This document shows positions 22,546 through 35,143 of a stretch of DNA of 51,428 nt, piece by piece (positions within the stretch are counted from its first letter, which is position 1; each line of letters starts with the position of its first letter). The stretch is taken from positions 1 to 51,428 of the forward strand of contig MU271512.1 of NCBI GenBank assembly GCA_021432655.1, given 5' to 3'. The notes under the pieces were generated by a model. The model ran no database searches and was not told where the DNA came from. It saw nothing but the letters and a program-made list of their open reading frames with translations. This stretch comes from Atractiella rhizophila. Taxonomy: Eukaryota. Both the position numbers and the translations under genes were made by a program.

Positions 22546-25126
22546 TCAAGCATGACTGGGGTTTGTTTTGCCAATAGCCAAGTTCTCTTGTGCCCGTCGT
22601 ACTTCCTTCTCCCAATCCGCCCTCTCAATGAAATATACGCTGAGGATCATGGTCCCAAAAAGGGCAACCGTGCATCCCGTCCAGAGTCCAATCAAGCCCA
22701 TTTGCAGGCTCGAAAACGCAAAATAGAATGCCAACGGAAGACCGACGACGTAATAAGCAACTGTATGAGACCGAACATCAGTACCAGAAGAGATGAGTGC
22801 AAGGAGAGGGACCGAACCGAAGTTGATGGCTGCGCCAATGTTCTGTCGTCCTATACCTCGCAAAACACCCATGCTGTAGTCCAAATTCACACAAAATCCT
22901 AAACATTACAGAGAAGGGATGACGGACCAGGCTCCCGTAACCCCATCGGCGAGTTGAAAGGCGGCAACCTGGATGTGACATCAGATATTGATAGCTTCGA
23001 AGTGATATGATGGTTAAGTTTATAGCGTACCAGCGGTAGGATGCTTCCAACGAGCTCGATGACAGGCAAATCGCCAGTGAATAGATATCCCCACTTATTT
23101 CTGAGTAAAAACATCCACACGGAGTTGATAGCTGAAGCTCCAGCTGCCAACAAGATGACAATTCGACCTATACTCAGTGTCATTCTGTCACTTATTCTGT
23201 CGTGAGCAAAGTATAACACGCACTCGTTGAACGTGCCATATTTCCGAAGCCTGCACCCATGCAGTTGCCGATTCTCACTGCTGCCGCACTGCATGACCAT
23301 TCGTCAGCGCTATTTAGCACATTTATGCACTGTGGAAATGCGTACGACCCCAACGCGGCTGAGAGCTGATAAATAAAAGCTGCGGTGGTAATAATTATAC
23401 TTTGAGCCGCCATTTCGACGGGTCCCAGCTGTGAAGCGCCGAAAGCGATGATTTCCCTAGCGACGGTTTAGAACCGAACACTCTTACGACTACGGTGAAC
23501 ACACCAAGACCACCATTCGCTCCCCTGATGTGTGGTTTCAGTCAGGATTTCATATTATTCCTTTGGGCAGGTAAGAGACTTACCACCATGAGAGTTCCCG
23601 CCATTCCCTATTAGTGATATTGTCAGCCTCAGGATAGGTCCCAATGGAAGACAAACCATCGAAAAGTTGCTCCACAGCCCTTGAAAACCGTATTTATCAG
23701 CTTTCACAGTTCGCCGAAGATAAAAGTCTGAACACGGACCTCTCGCGTTGAAGATCTCCATCGAGAATCCACCCCAACCACTCTTGTCCACCCACCACAC
23801 ACTGTAGACTAAACCGAACAAAAACATGGACCACATCGACAACACCGTCGCGACAGGAGCACCAGCAAAACCAATGCGTATCGAATCTGGTCCCCAGACC
23901 AGAAGGACATTGCCAAGTATGTTGATTGGCAGACTGAGTACGGTTGCCATTGTTGGGACGGTCATCAATGCCTACAACCTGATGTAAGCATGGTGGCATT
24001 AGAAGGACGAAAAGATTTACTTGAGCTTGCAGCCATCTTCGGATGCATTCGAAGCCAGCATATGCTGGCAAACCAAATGATAATATCTGGTCCAACTTGA
24101 GCTTTGTCGACGAAGTGAACAACAAATCATACTCGGAGGTAAAGAGCGGCGAATTTAGCTACTTCTGGATCTTGACGAAGAGCAAGAAGCACTGGCTCGG
24201 CGAGCCAAAAGAACACAATCTGAGGAATTGATAAGAACAACAGGATGACGTATGTACGCAATGCGTGTAAGGAGGTTGATTTGGGATTAGGAGATGTGAA
24301 TGCCTGAGAACAGAGGGAGTCGAGCGCAGAACACACGCCGGACGTGATCGAGAAACAAGAAGTGCTGGCGATAATAGATGCCAAGGACGAAGCTAGAGAA
24401 GATTTGAGTCAGCAAAGACTGGCAGGAAATATGGCACTCACACCCTCGTGAAGAGTCAAGCTGTCGATTGCGGTCGCCGCTCAACTTTCAACAAGAGGAC
24501 ACAAAGCGTTCAAGTTTTACTTGGGTAAGACAGAATGTATTAAACACATTAGTTTAAACAATACATCTAGCCAGGAACATCGCCCAACATGCTCCCCAAA
24601 GACCACTCGCCTAAATTTATGAGAGAATAGACTTACCAGCTAATTCGGTTGTCCCCAAATGCCCCAAACTAAATATTGTCACCATTAACAAGGAGTATTC
24701 GAAACAATAGGTCGCAAATATTGGCGCCGCATAACGAATGAGCAGCCACATCTCCTTCCAATTGTTCCAATTCTCGCCAAAAAGGATATGATACCCCTCT
24801 CTAGCTAAGAGAGGTGTGGACTCGCTGACTCGTCGACTAGCACGGAAAGAAGAAGCAGTTGACACTCTTCGTTTAGCTTGCACGCTAGGTGATCGAACAG
24901 AAGGTATCGTAGGTATCGACGCCGGAGCTTCATTTCCAGAAATTTCACCCTCTTCATCCTCCACAGAGCCAGTTTCTTCGTCATCATCGTGGATGGAGAG
25001 AGCTGTATGGGCTGATCGAGAACTGAGGAAACTGTGCCTGTGGGAGTCGACGGAAGTGGCTAAGAATTCGTCTCGCTCGTTCTGGGAGCTGGGAGGCATT
25101 GGCAAGGGATGTCGAGGCTGCGCCAT
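22546..25126 (-). CDS. MATE-family multidrug/toxin efflux transporter (ERC1-like)
   Basis: LGHLGTTELAASSLAS, SALDSLCSQAF, LRQDPEVAKFAALYL, IGFAGAPVAT, AVRIGNCMGAG, GVLRGIGRQNIGAAINF and AYYVVGLPL motifs over many exons. Confidence 0.92.
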
Positions 25127-26885
25127 AGTGTATGAGGCTGTTGTAGGTCAATTTTCGATATTTTGAAGTTCAAGTTGGTTCAAAGAAGAGTTCTCCTTCG
25201 TGATCGAGCCTCGAGTCAACTTGAACTAAAGATTAGGCCCCTTTGGGGTTCCAAGTAAGATGACTGACCCAAATCAACTAGTTTGATATCTTTCATGGTA
25301 GCAGCGTAATCTGATATAGGTGCCGTTGCGAGCAATCTGCGTGGAATAAACCTTCTTTAGAATACTGGGGTTGTATCCACAAATGTCGAAGGTAACAGAG
25401 GAGAGGCTCAAAGCAGTAATATAATAATCATCTTTGTCATTGTGATCTGCGACTTGTTTCAAATCATATTACAACCAACCTAGCTGTTTTGGAGGCCTGA
25501 ACAGTGTTCCCTTTCCCTGTTGAAAGGCTCCGGCTTCAATACAGCTTCAGTTCCCACATCTAAATACTAGACGGAGGAACAAGGCAACATGGATCATGCA
25601 CTTCAGTCATGATAGCCTAGGTTATTCCCGAGAAGTTATATTGTGCTCTTCCGTGATTTAGCGCAGAGCTCTGTGCTTCCTCATGAGATCGACGAGATCT
25701 TGTCGTTTATTTGTGACAATTTAGGTGATTTACGGAATTATGCAGTAGACTGTCCCGACAAATACCTTGTTAACATTGAATACAGAACAGCCCCGAGCAT
25801 TGTGTAGGTAATGTATTATTAACAAGGTATAACTTATGCCACTCCTTCTAGTGCGACGTTATGGCAGGAATCCTAAGATGGAAGAGTCCTTCCAAAAGCC
25901 TAACTTAGCTCCACATCATGAAGTCATCATTTCATGCTCAGCAATCGCGCAAGGATAGGACATGGTCATTCCGATCCGTGCTTTATTCTCATCGGAATGT
26001 TGACATATGTCTCTCTAATATAAAGACGAAATTAAATATCCACGAGGAGGAACCTTCTCTTTTTGTGGCTAGATGCCATAATGCATACAAAGACATAACT
26101 TACAAGGTCTATGAAAAGTTGGACTGCCAAATGATATGGGTTATTGCCAGATTAAGGAGCAAGCGAAGTCGAGCAGTTTCCCATGTGATTTGGGCACATT
26201 TCACGGAACTCAGAAACATGCCTTGCAGCCGTTCATGGCAATTTCAGGTAGTACTTCATGTTATAAGGACAGATCTCTTCCTCGAACCCTCTCGTTCCTT
26301 CAGACAACTGTAGGAGCCTCTTACCGAAGAACATGACAAAGATGCAACCGAAACAGACGTCCTGGCCACTTTTTAACGATATCTATATCTCTGGTTCCCT
26401 CCCTCGATCTCAGCGAGCACCATACAGTCTTCTCAAGTTCTTACTCCGACATACCATCAAAGGCATAATTGTCGACTTCCTCGTTTCCTCGGACCCGAAA
26501 CGGGAGGCTTATCCGAATACCGACGGGCATCTTCAGTGACACTCGACCAAGTTTACCGTTAACGTTTACCGTCTTCACGAGCTCCAACCACAACGGCACG
26601 TAATTTCCCCAGATTGCCTGACCATCCACAGTCCGGGGATTGTCAAAGCCTTCAAGACGTGAATAAAAAAGCAGGAAAGTAAAATTGTAAGCCCTTCCGT
26701 CTTTCGCCTTTTTTCGTGTTTTCCTTCTGAGAGAATGGTCGATGGTGTCTCACTTGCCTTTGTCATGATGATCGTTGGAACAGACATTCCCCACATTTCT
26801 TCTGCAATCACGCAGCCCAGCTTGGTCCGGGGATTGAGAAAGAGAAGATTTCGAGACTTTCTATTTAGGTGGCCGAACCGCTAGA

Positions 26886-29836
26886 ATGACACCCTCCCCC
26901 TCCAATCCGAATCCAACAAACTCAAATTCACAACCGACCTTCGCTCGTGATCCTCCTCCACCCTCTTTAGCTCCGAGCGCTGGATCCATCGAGCCAGTTT
27001 CAAAGAAACGTAAGCTCGAGGCGATGGACGTCATACCCCTCCCTCCTCCACCCATCCCCGTCTCAGCTCCTCTCACCTCTCAGGCTATCATTTCACGAGG
27101 AATCACTACTCCAATGATCAATCCTTACCAGCGGTCGAGTGCACTGCTTGATCAGGCTCAGGCTCAGGTGCCGCCAGGCACGAGCATATTGAACATGACA
27201 GTGCCACACGAGAAGGAAGATGGTGCTGGGGGGACGCCGAAGGTTAATAGATCCTCCAAAGCGTGCTTGTCGTGTAGAAAGTTGAAAGTGAGCATCTCAT
27301 CTTGCAAAAGTAATGGTCGTTGGATGGGTGATTTTGTTGATGCGATTTGACAGACCAAATGTGAAGGAGCGGACAATCCACCTTGTAGGAGGTGTAGAGC
27401 TGGGAATCACGACTGCGTCTTTGTCGAGTCCAAGCGTGGGAAACGACCTGCGAAAAAGCCGACGGATCTCCCGAATGGCACAAGTCCAACTGTGACACCA
27501 GCACAAACACAAGAAAAACTTAAATTGTTGGAGAACACATTGCAAGCTGTCATCCAGACGCTGCAGACGGGGACGATACCGGATGAAAAGACTCTGGAGA
27601 GCTTGAAAAATTATTCGACCCGATTGAACGAGTCGTCAAGCGTGCCTGTGACTTCAAGTCCAGGGCAGAGCATTCTCGGTCTCTCGCCCCAGTTGGGCAG
27701 TACCTCTTCTCTCCTCGCACCTCCCCAATCTCTGCCCGCCAAACGACGACAATCATCCGTCTCTTCTTCTAGTAACAATCACAATACCAGCTCTCTCTCT
27801 ATCCTCGCGGACGCTTCCCTCGCTGCTGAGCTGGATGGATCGAAAGGCATCTCCGCCCTAGATCCTTCCTTCAAGCTTAGTAGTCTCACAAAGGCGTTGG
27901 AAGATGTGTCGCCTGGCAGCCCAGATGGAGGAGAGGAGGCGGAGGACGATGACATGAGCCCTAAAACTGGAGGATCGAAGAAGAGCCCAAAGACGGTGGA
28001 GAAGGAGACTCCCGGTTTATTCTTGAAGGGCATCTTGGATGCAGATACGGCCGTCGAGCTCTTCCGGATCTTCTTTGATTACTGCTACATTCACCTTCCC
28101 ATCCTTGACCCAGTCATTCACACCGTCACGAACCTGATCGCAAAGTCGACCTTCCTCTTCACCACAATCTGCGCCGTCGCTTCCCGCTTTCACAAGGACG
28201 TGAACAAGCTCCAAGAACGCTGCTACGACGAAGCGCACGAGTGCTTCGTCAATTGTATTCGGGAGGGGGAAACCTCTCTCGAATCCGTACAGGCTTGTAT
28301 GCTTATTACCGCCTGGTGCTCGTCCCCGAAACAAAACGGATGGGAGAACCGACCTCAGCGAGCTTGGTTATATTTTGGGATGGCGGTCCGAATGGGGATG
28401 GAATTAGGACTCTTTCGACCTCCTAGCTTTACGGAAGGCAGACCGGAGCTGAAATATGGTGTTGTCAAAGGTCCCCAAGCGTGGAACTGTCTGAAGGACG
28501 TTGTGAGTGAAGATGTGCAGAGAGAGGCGTTGAATAGAGAGAGGACATGGGTAGCCGCTTTTATTGTGGATCGGTAGCGCGTCTTCGTTTCCCCTCAAAG
28601 GATGCAACTTATAAATCCTGACGTGATGAATGGACAGCATGGCAGCAGCGATGGGACGACCGTATCAAATACATGATGTAAAACCCGTTATGATCCCTAC
28701 CCATCCGCTCATTTCTCCCCTTGACCTCGGCCTCATCGCTCACACCGAACTGCAATCGATCATGGGACAAGTCATGGACACCTTTCGTGATCGAATCTAT
28801 GGCGTGCCAGAAGCGAACGACGAGATGCCTTCGACGGTGGTGATGAAGCTGTTCAATTCGAGAATGGACGAATGGAAGATGCGCTGGGTCCCAGGTCATT
28901 CCACAGAACCGATATCTTCCAACCTCCTCTTCTACTTCTATAACTCCAAACTCTTCCTCAACACCTTTCCTCTCCAAGTAATGCTTCGAAACGTAGAGAC
29001 TGCGGAGGATCCCGATTGCGTTGCGGTGTGCATCATGAGCGCAAAGGAATCTTTGAACCTCGCACACGCTTATGCTAAACTCGGCGTCCTCACCTATACC
29101 CCAGATGTAAACTTCCTCTATGTCCTCTATTCCGCCGTCTTCCTCCTCAAAGTCAAGGTCTCTAACTCCCGCTTCGCCCAATTGGTGGACGACGACGAGC
29201 TCCTCCGACTCCTCCTTCAAGCAATCGACGATTGTCAAGGCGCCACTGTGTCCCCTCATCACGCTGCTGGCACGATACAGGTCATGCTTAAAGCCTTGCT
29301 AGCGTCGTGGAGAGCCATGAAAACCGGTCAAGCACTGTCTCGTCGAGCTTCGAACGACACTCTTCGTATGCAGACCGACAGTCAGCAAACTTTCGCTAAC
29401 CCTGCCCTACTCAATCCTTTCAGTATGCCTTCCACTCCACGACCGGAACGCACACCGGGAGAAGACCCCAATCTTGGATACAATACTGGGTTTGCCCAAC
29501 CTTCCTCGTGGCCTTATGTCAATGGATCGGGAACTGGATTGGAGACTCCATCGAGAGTCCTGAATGGCGTAAATGGAGGTGAATCGCTTGATGCTTTCTT
29601 GTCTGATTCCGGATTTTTTGATTCTATACTTGTGTCGAGAGGGTGCGTTTCTTCCGACTCCATCACTTCACCGAGACGCTGATCTGTGGCATAGCTTCGA
29701 TGGGTTCTTCACTTGGTCTGACAATACAAATCAGCTCGAGGGAATGGACCTTGACGTCTTCAGCGGCCGTACAGAACTACCAACGTCGCATTCTGATGCT
29801 CCTCCTTCTATGTCCATTCCAACTTCTTTATCGTAA
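26886..29836 (+). CDS. Zn(II)2Cys6 fungal transcription factor with middle-homology (Fungal_trans) domain
   Basis: RSSKACLSCRKLK|TKCEGADNPPCRRCRAGNHDCVF across an intron at about 27288-27353. Later FFDYCYIHLPILD, STFLFTTICAVASR, AWLYFGMAVRMGMELGL and RERTW. Confidence 0.93.
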
Positions 29837-30087
29837 GAAAGATCAGTGCCCAGTGCAGTTGTGGTCTTTCGTGCTTCTTTCAGTACTGTTCATTTTACGA
29901 GGTTATCTTGATGGAGCAATTCAGCAACAGTAGCACTCGAAGTGACTAGTAACATAGGTTTGTCTTGTGGATTATCCAAGCTGTAGGTCTTGTATTCTAT
30001 CACAATGTTGTCCAGGACAAAGTACATATTACTCATATTATAAACCAATCCGCTTTGAAGCACCTAACAACAAAACTCTTTCAAAAC

Positions 30088-32597
30088 TCAAGATGCATCT
30101 GTAAGATGAGGTGAAGGTAGTAGGGGTGATCTTTTCTTGCTCCGTCCCTCCAGTTCTGAATCTGAGTCATCTTCCTTTCGAGGTCGGGAACGTTTGCGCT
30201 CTCCTGCTCCTGCAGGCGATCCATCAAACTTTCGCCGACCAGCTTGACTGTGCGGATTGGGCCTGAGCGAACCCGTGATCCTCCCGCTCCCCAACAAATC
30301 CGCCACCCTCACATTTGTCGGCGTTTCAGGCTCTGCAGGCACACCGAGTCGGGCAGCCTTCTCCTCTGAATTAAGCAACGACTTCCCCTTCCCCTTTCCC
30401 TTCGCCTCGACGGTCGATGGGTGAACAAAGAAGTTATGGTGTTTCGTCGGCGGCCGCGGAGGTCGAGAGAGAACGGTTCGAGGGCCAAAGATATCTTTAT
30501 CTTTATCCTCTGCGGTCGCTCGAGTCGGACGAGGCTCCGTCATTGAGCCATTGGATGTGTGGGCGTGAGCTCGACGGCTCTTGAGCATTTCGAGTTCAAC
30601 TTTGCTCTTTTGAAGCTCTGCTTGAGCGACCTTTTGAATCTCTGCGGGAGATGAACTGGGGGGGAGTTTGAGAAAGGAGGCGGTTTCCATATGTGATCGA
30701 AGGGCTTGAGGGGAGGAAAGGTAGTCCTGTGAAATGTCGGGACGACCTATCTCATGAACCTTTCGCGGAGATGAGGCGGTTCGAAGATTACGGTTGGGAC
30801 TGAGGCGAGCATCAGAATGAGGAGGCAACGAAGAAGGATTCAGAGGAGAGGATTGAGAGGTTGCGGTGGACTCGATGGGTTGATGTCGGTCTGGTGATGG
30901 GGGTAGAGGTTGAGGAGTTAGTTGCGAGTGGGAGGACTGGGAGCAAGATTGTCAGAGAAAGGCAAGAAAACATTGCGGTGTTACGGACCTCGCCTACTAA
31001 CTCAGTTTCGTCCATTTCGGTTCCCAGGCTCAAGTTGATGGCGCGTTGTAGCGCTTCTTCTTCCGTCAGACCGCCGTTGACTTTCAAGTTGATGAAGAGG
31101 CGACTTGATCCTCAATCGCTTCCTCCGCATCTGCATGTTCTACTGGCTCATCCACGTCAAGGAGGATAGAGACATAATAATTTGGGCCCCTTCTCACGAC
31201 CTATCGTTTGCCAATTATTCCAGGAAACACGACAAAGAAAGACTAACATCGTCGGTAGTCTCCATGACCTGTCGCATCAGATTACTACATTCCTTCATTC
31301 CTCCCTCCATCGGTCCATCCGTCCCCAGCCAAACAGAGACCATATCCCTCTCGCATATTCGCAAATCGCGTATCCAAAATTCCAATCCCTTGTTCATGAG
31401 CTCAGCCGTCCCTGCATCCTCTTCCGTGACGCTCGCTTTAGAACGTCGTTGTAATGCCGTTTCTGCATGGGAGAGGATGCTTTCTAGAAGCTCGTAGAGA
31501 GAGTCCATGTGCTTTTGAAGGGTTTGGAGATGTTGAGCGGCACCCATGATGTCGCTGGAAGAAACAGTTAGTAGAGTTTTAACTCAGAAAGGCGAGCTGG
31601 AATAATGAGGCGGAACATTGAGGCAATGAGCGGGTGTCTCCCTACTTCGGAGAGCGAGGATGTAGTCAGTCTGTGAATGCTTGTATGTGGTTATCTGATA
31701 ATATTATTGAATGACAAGCGGGAAAATAAATGTCTTGTTACAATCACATGTCTAATTGTAATTATATTCATGCGAGGCGTTAACTCGTTCTGGAAGGCCG
31801 CTCTGTGATGGTTTATTAAGATTGTCGACATTAATTAACCTCAGCCGTGTATTCGTCTCAAGGACCTCGTTTGGACAGATGAAAGTTCAAGCCATTTTAT
31901 TAGCCCCCCAACCGATCATATAAGTGTTGCATGAATATAGAACATTTTCATTCTATCCGCGTTCACAAAGACGAATTGAATATCATCTCGAACGCGCCCA
32001 AATAATCCACTTGATCTATTGATGTGAATAACCGTGAATCAACCTTTTGGCGTTGGAATGGACGCGTCTTCAGGTTTGTTCAGCAGATGGCAGAATGGAT
32101 AGAGAAGCATGCAACCATCCAGTTCTCAATAGAGATAAAAGTTCCAAACACCACAATGAAAAAAGAAAAGAAAGAACGTACCTCTGCACATCAGCGCACC
32201 TCTTCCTAATCCCTCCCACACGACCCGTCGTCTCCAAATCAAAGAACTCCTCCCACCCCGCTCCTTCCTCCACCTCATCCATTCTCTCCACCCCACCATC
32301 CTCCACCCTCCCATCCACAGTATCCTCCTCCCCGCCCACTCCACTTCCACTCACAGCCAAAACACTCCTCAAAAACCCTCCCGTCCCGTCCTTCCCCTTC
32401 CCCTTCCCCTTAACCATCCCACTCGGGGGCGCCATGAAGAAGTCAGCCATCTCTCCCTCCTTCTCAGTTTCGCTTTCGTGTTGTGTGTTCAGGCGGGAGG
32501 GAGCAGGGGATGGGGAATGCGCCGTCGTGCGGTGGGATGCGTACAGTGCCGCAGACAGCGCGGGCTTGGAGGGTGAGGGAGTAGGCTCGGCGGGCAT
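30088..32597 (-). CDS. Hypothetical protein with a ubiquitin-interacting motif; apparently frameshifted near 31085
   Basis: Exon 32597-32182 (MPAEPT...ADVQR), 511-nt intron, then exons giving LTTSSLSEVGRHPLIASI|DIMGAAQHLQ...TTDD|VVRRG...ASSST*. In the -1 frame immediately after: LKVNGGLTEEEALQRAINLSLG (UIM pattern), splicing into ORF 30088-30828. Confidence 0.5.
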
Positions 32598-32926
32598 CAC
32601 GCAGCTTGCTTGGGCGATGCAGCAGCGCAGGTGGCGAAGAAGAGTGATGGTGGAAGAATGGCTGAGGGCGAGACGCGTCGATTAATTACGATATTGTTTT
32701 CGTTGTTTTCGTGTGTTTTGGGCAAGTGGACATCCGGCCGCTCGCATCCGGGAAACGCGAAAAAACTGTGAAAATCGCTGGGAGCAGCTGCTGTGAAAGA
32801 GAAAGGTAGTTACAGTGGCTTAACAGGTTTGTTGGCGAAGATGTCGAACAGGAGGATTGGAGGAATCAGCGGAATCGCCAGGCAAACTTCTGCCTCAACC
32901 AGTGCGTGTTCACTCAGAATTCACAA

Positions 32927-34852
32927 ATGGTCAAAGTAAGAATAATGGGTCTCATCACCGCACGAGCAGTCCAGATACGAACGTTCAAGTACCAAGCTCC
33001 GCCCACACCGCTCGAAAAGATCACACCTCTTCCTCCACGACACAAGCGTCCGACCCTCTCACCGACCATTCCTCAATCCGACCTTCCTCCCGTCTACTTT
33101 CCTTATGACGAGAAGCGCGCCCTCCTTCGTCGACTTCCCTCGTCGCGGTCGCAGGAGCAGGAGGGGAGGAAGCGGGTGCCGAGGTCGTTGGCGAGGGGGT
33201 TGAGGAGGAGGGAGGAAAGGGAGAGGAGGAGCGAGTGGAGAGACGTCGTGGAAGGGATCGAGAGGGATGTGTCTCAGTTGCCAGAAGGCAAGGTCGGAGA
33301 TGGAGTACCGCAGAGACCTCTGAGTGTCAGTGCCAGTAAGGCATTGCAAGGTGGAGAGGCGCCGTCACACCAGCAACACCTGGAGGAAAGCAACGTATAT
33401 TCTCCGGAAGATTTCCTCGCTGAAGCGGAAGAGGTGGAGGCACAAACACAAGCCGAAGTTGGAGAAGCGGAGGAAGGAGATGGGATGTCCGTCCCACCCA
33501 CCCCTCGCGGTTCTCGCTATTTCTCCCCACCACACACGCACCAACACGCCTTCCTCCAGCGACTCGTCTCCCCCCTCACCATCCCCCCTTTGTACGTCCC
33601 CAAGATCCTCGACCACAAATCGCTTTCCCTCGCCCTCCGTCGAATGGATGGTCGAGAGCTCGCGGAGTACAGAAAGGAGAGGCGGACGCATGCCCGGTCC
33701 AAGTTTGCGACTGAGGAGGAGAGGAGAAAGTTCTTCGGTCCCCTCGGAATCGGACTCGGTGGAGCGAAGGAAGGAGAGAATAATTCGCAGTTGCAGTGGA
33801 TAGGACGGCAGACTCTCCGCTTCCAAATCTCTTCCCTCGTCTCTGATCTACACAGGGATTACGCTTCGCATGGTCGACCATTTTGGAACGGTTTCATGGA
33901 CAAGTTGAAGGAGCAGGGGAGGTGGGAGGATCGGGAGAACATCGAGGAGAGGAAAGACCCGAAAAAGATCCCAGATCCAGGACTGGTCGTTTTGGAACCG
34001 GAATACGAATACGACCTCCCGAATGGGATGAGACTCGATTCTCCCCTTCTCGATTATCTCACAGAAACCACCTTCCTGGGTCATAGGGTTGGTCTGCAAG
34101 AGTGGAACTTGACTGAAAACGACGTGATGGGCTGGGTAGCAGTCGTACGTATCTCTCACTCCGTGTCCAGTCTCGTTGACCCCAACCTCCTTGATGAACA
34201 GAAAGCGCCAAACGACCAATTCCGTGGAGAGAAGCGCGTGGCTGGGACCACCGTTGAAGCGCTCATCGGAGGTTTGACGCACATCTACGGTCTACGGACG
34301 TCCAGCAAATTCGTCGTTTCCCGCATCATCCCTCTCCTCAACCTCCCCCTCGCCCTCTCCCTCTCCAACTCATCCTACACAGCCTGGGGCCGCGAATCCC
34401 GTTTGATGTTGAACGAGCCGACGGACGATGAGGAATGGTCGATGAGCAGGAAGCGTCTGACGATGGCGAGATTGGCTAAGAGGGTGCCGGAGGCGTTGGA
34501 CCATTATTCTGCTGATCGGAGGGGGAAGATGAAGCGAGAATACGTGTTTGAAGGTGTGGAGGGTAGACCGGATAGGGATACGAGGATCGATAAGAACCTG
34601 TATCTGTTCGCTAAGGCTTGGATCACTCAGAGGGCGAATGAGGCCATGGATTTGGGAAAGGACTTGCCGAAGGGAGTGGAGCTCAATCCCAATCTGAATG
34701 GGCATGCAAAGTCGGAGGTGAGGGAGGAAGGACATGTGGAGAGTGTGTTGAGGCAGATGGAAAAAGAGGATCAGAGGAAAGCGGGAAGGCCGCAGAGGGT
34801 GGTGTGGGATAAAGAGGTGGGGAGGAAGGAAAAGGCTAAGCCTTCTTCTTGA
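32927..34852 (+). CDS. MRPL15: Mitochondrial ribosomal protein mL57-like (degenerate RNase III domain)
   Basis: Presequence-like N-terminus, DHKS, NNSQLQWIGRQTLRF and GEKRVAGTTVEALIGGLTHIYG...KFVVSRII, resembling the RNase III-like domain of fungal MRPL15. Probable in-frame intron near 34145-34201. Confidence 0.7.
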   Translation: MVKVRIMGLITARAVQIRTFKYQAPPTPLEKITPLPPRHKRPTLSPTIPQSDLPPVYFPYDEKRALLRRLPSSRSQEQEGRKRVPRSLARGLRRREERERRSEWRDVVEGIERDVSQLPEGKVGDGVPQRPLSVSASKALQGGEAPSHQQHLEESNVYSPEDFLAEAEEVEAQTQAEVGEAEEGDGMSVPPTPRGSRYFSPPHTHQHAFLQRLVSPLTIPPLYVPKILDHKSLSLALRRMDGRELAEYRKERRTHARSKFATEEERRKFFGPLGIGLGGAKEGENNSQLQWIGRQTLRFQISSLVSDLHRDYASHGRPFWNGFMDKLKEQGRWEDRENIEERKDPKKIPDPGLVVLEPEYEYDLPNGMRLDSPLLDYLTETTFLGHRVGLQEWNLTENDVMGWVAVVRISHSVSSLVDPNLLDEQKAPNDQFRGEKRVAGTTVEALIGGLTHIYGLRTSSKFVVSRIIPLLNLPLALSLSNSSYTAWGRESRLMLNEPTDDEEWSMSRKRLTMARLAKRVPEALDHYSADRRGKMKREYVFEGVEGRPDRDTRIDKNLYLFAKAWITQRANEAMDLGKDLPKGVELNPNLNGHAKSEVREEGHVESVLRQMEKEDQRKAGRPQRVVWDKEVGRKEKAKPSS

Positions 34853-35143
34853 AGAGCAAGCACTTAATACTTTTGTGGGATCAAGAGATTCTTGAGTAGC
34901 CTTGATACAGTCATATCCACTATGCATACCTTGCATTTTACGCATCATTTATTTGCAATATCCATCCCTTCGACGTTAATATCAAATCCATGACCACTTC
35001 TTTTGCGACGCGAGCCAATTGGAATGAGTAGGAAACCAATTATCCTCAATTGTGAAAACGTAATACATGAGGAAAGTGTGAAAATGCGAATGCGATGAAT
35101 ATACAATGCCAGACTCCAAGTTCCAACTACGCGGTTTAGTTTT

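Noticed and set aside
17134..24636. TPP riboswitch in the long CysRS or MATE introns
   Set aside because: The conserved CTGAGA and downstream TGAT...AATGC/AATAC core motifs were not found in the proper arrangement.
32005..32055. U2 snRNA-like words (AGATCAAGTG and CCTTTTGGC)
   Set aside because: They lie on opposite strands and the GTAGTA branch-pairing sequence is absent.
32040..32075. Hammerhead-like CTGAAGA followed by a short stem (minus strand)
   Set aside because: The required GAAA after stem II and stems I/III are missing.
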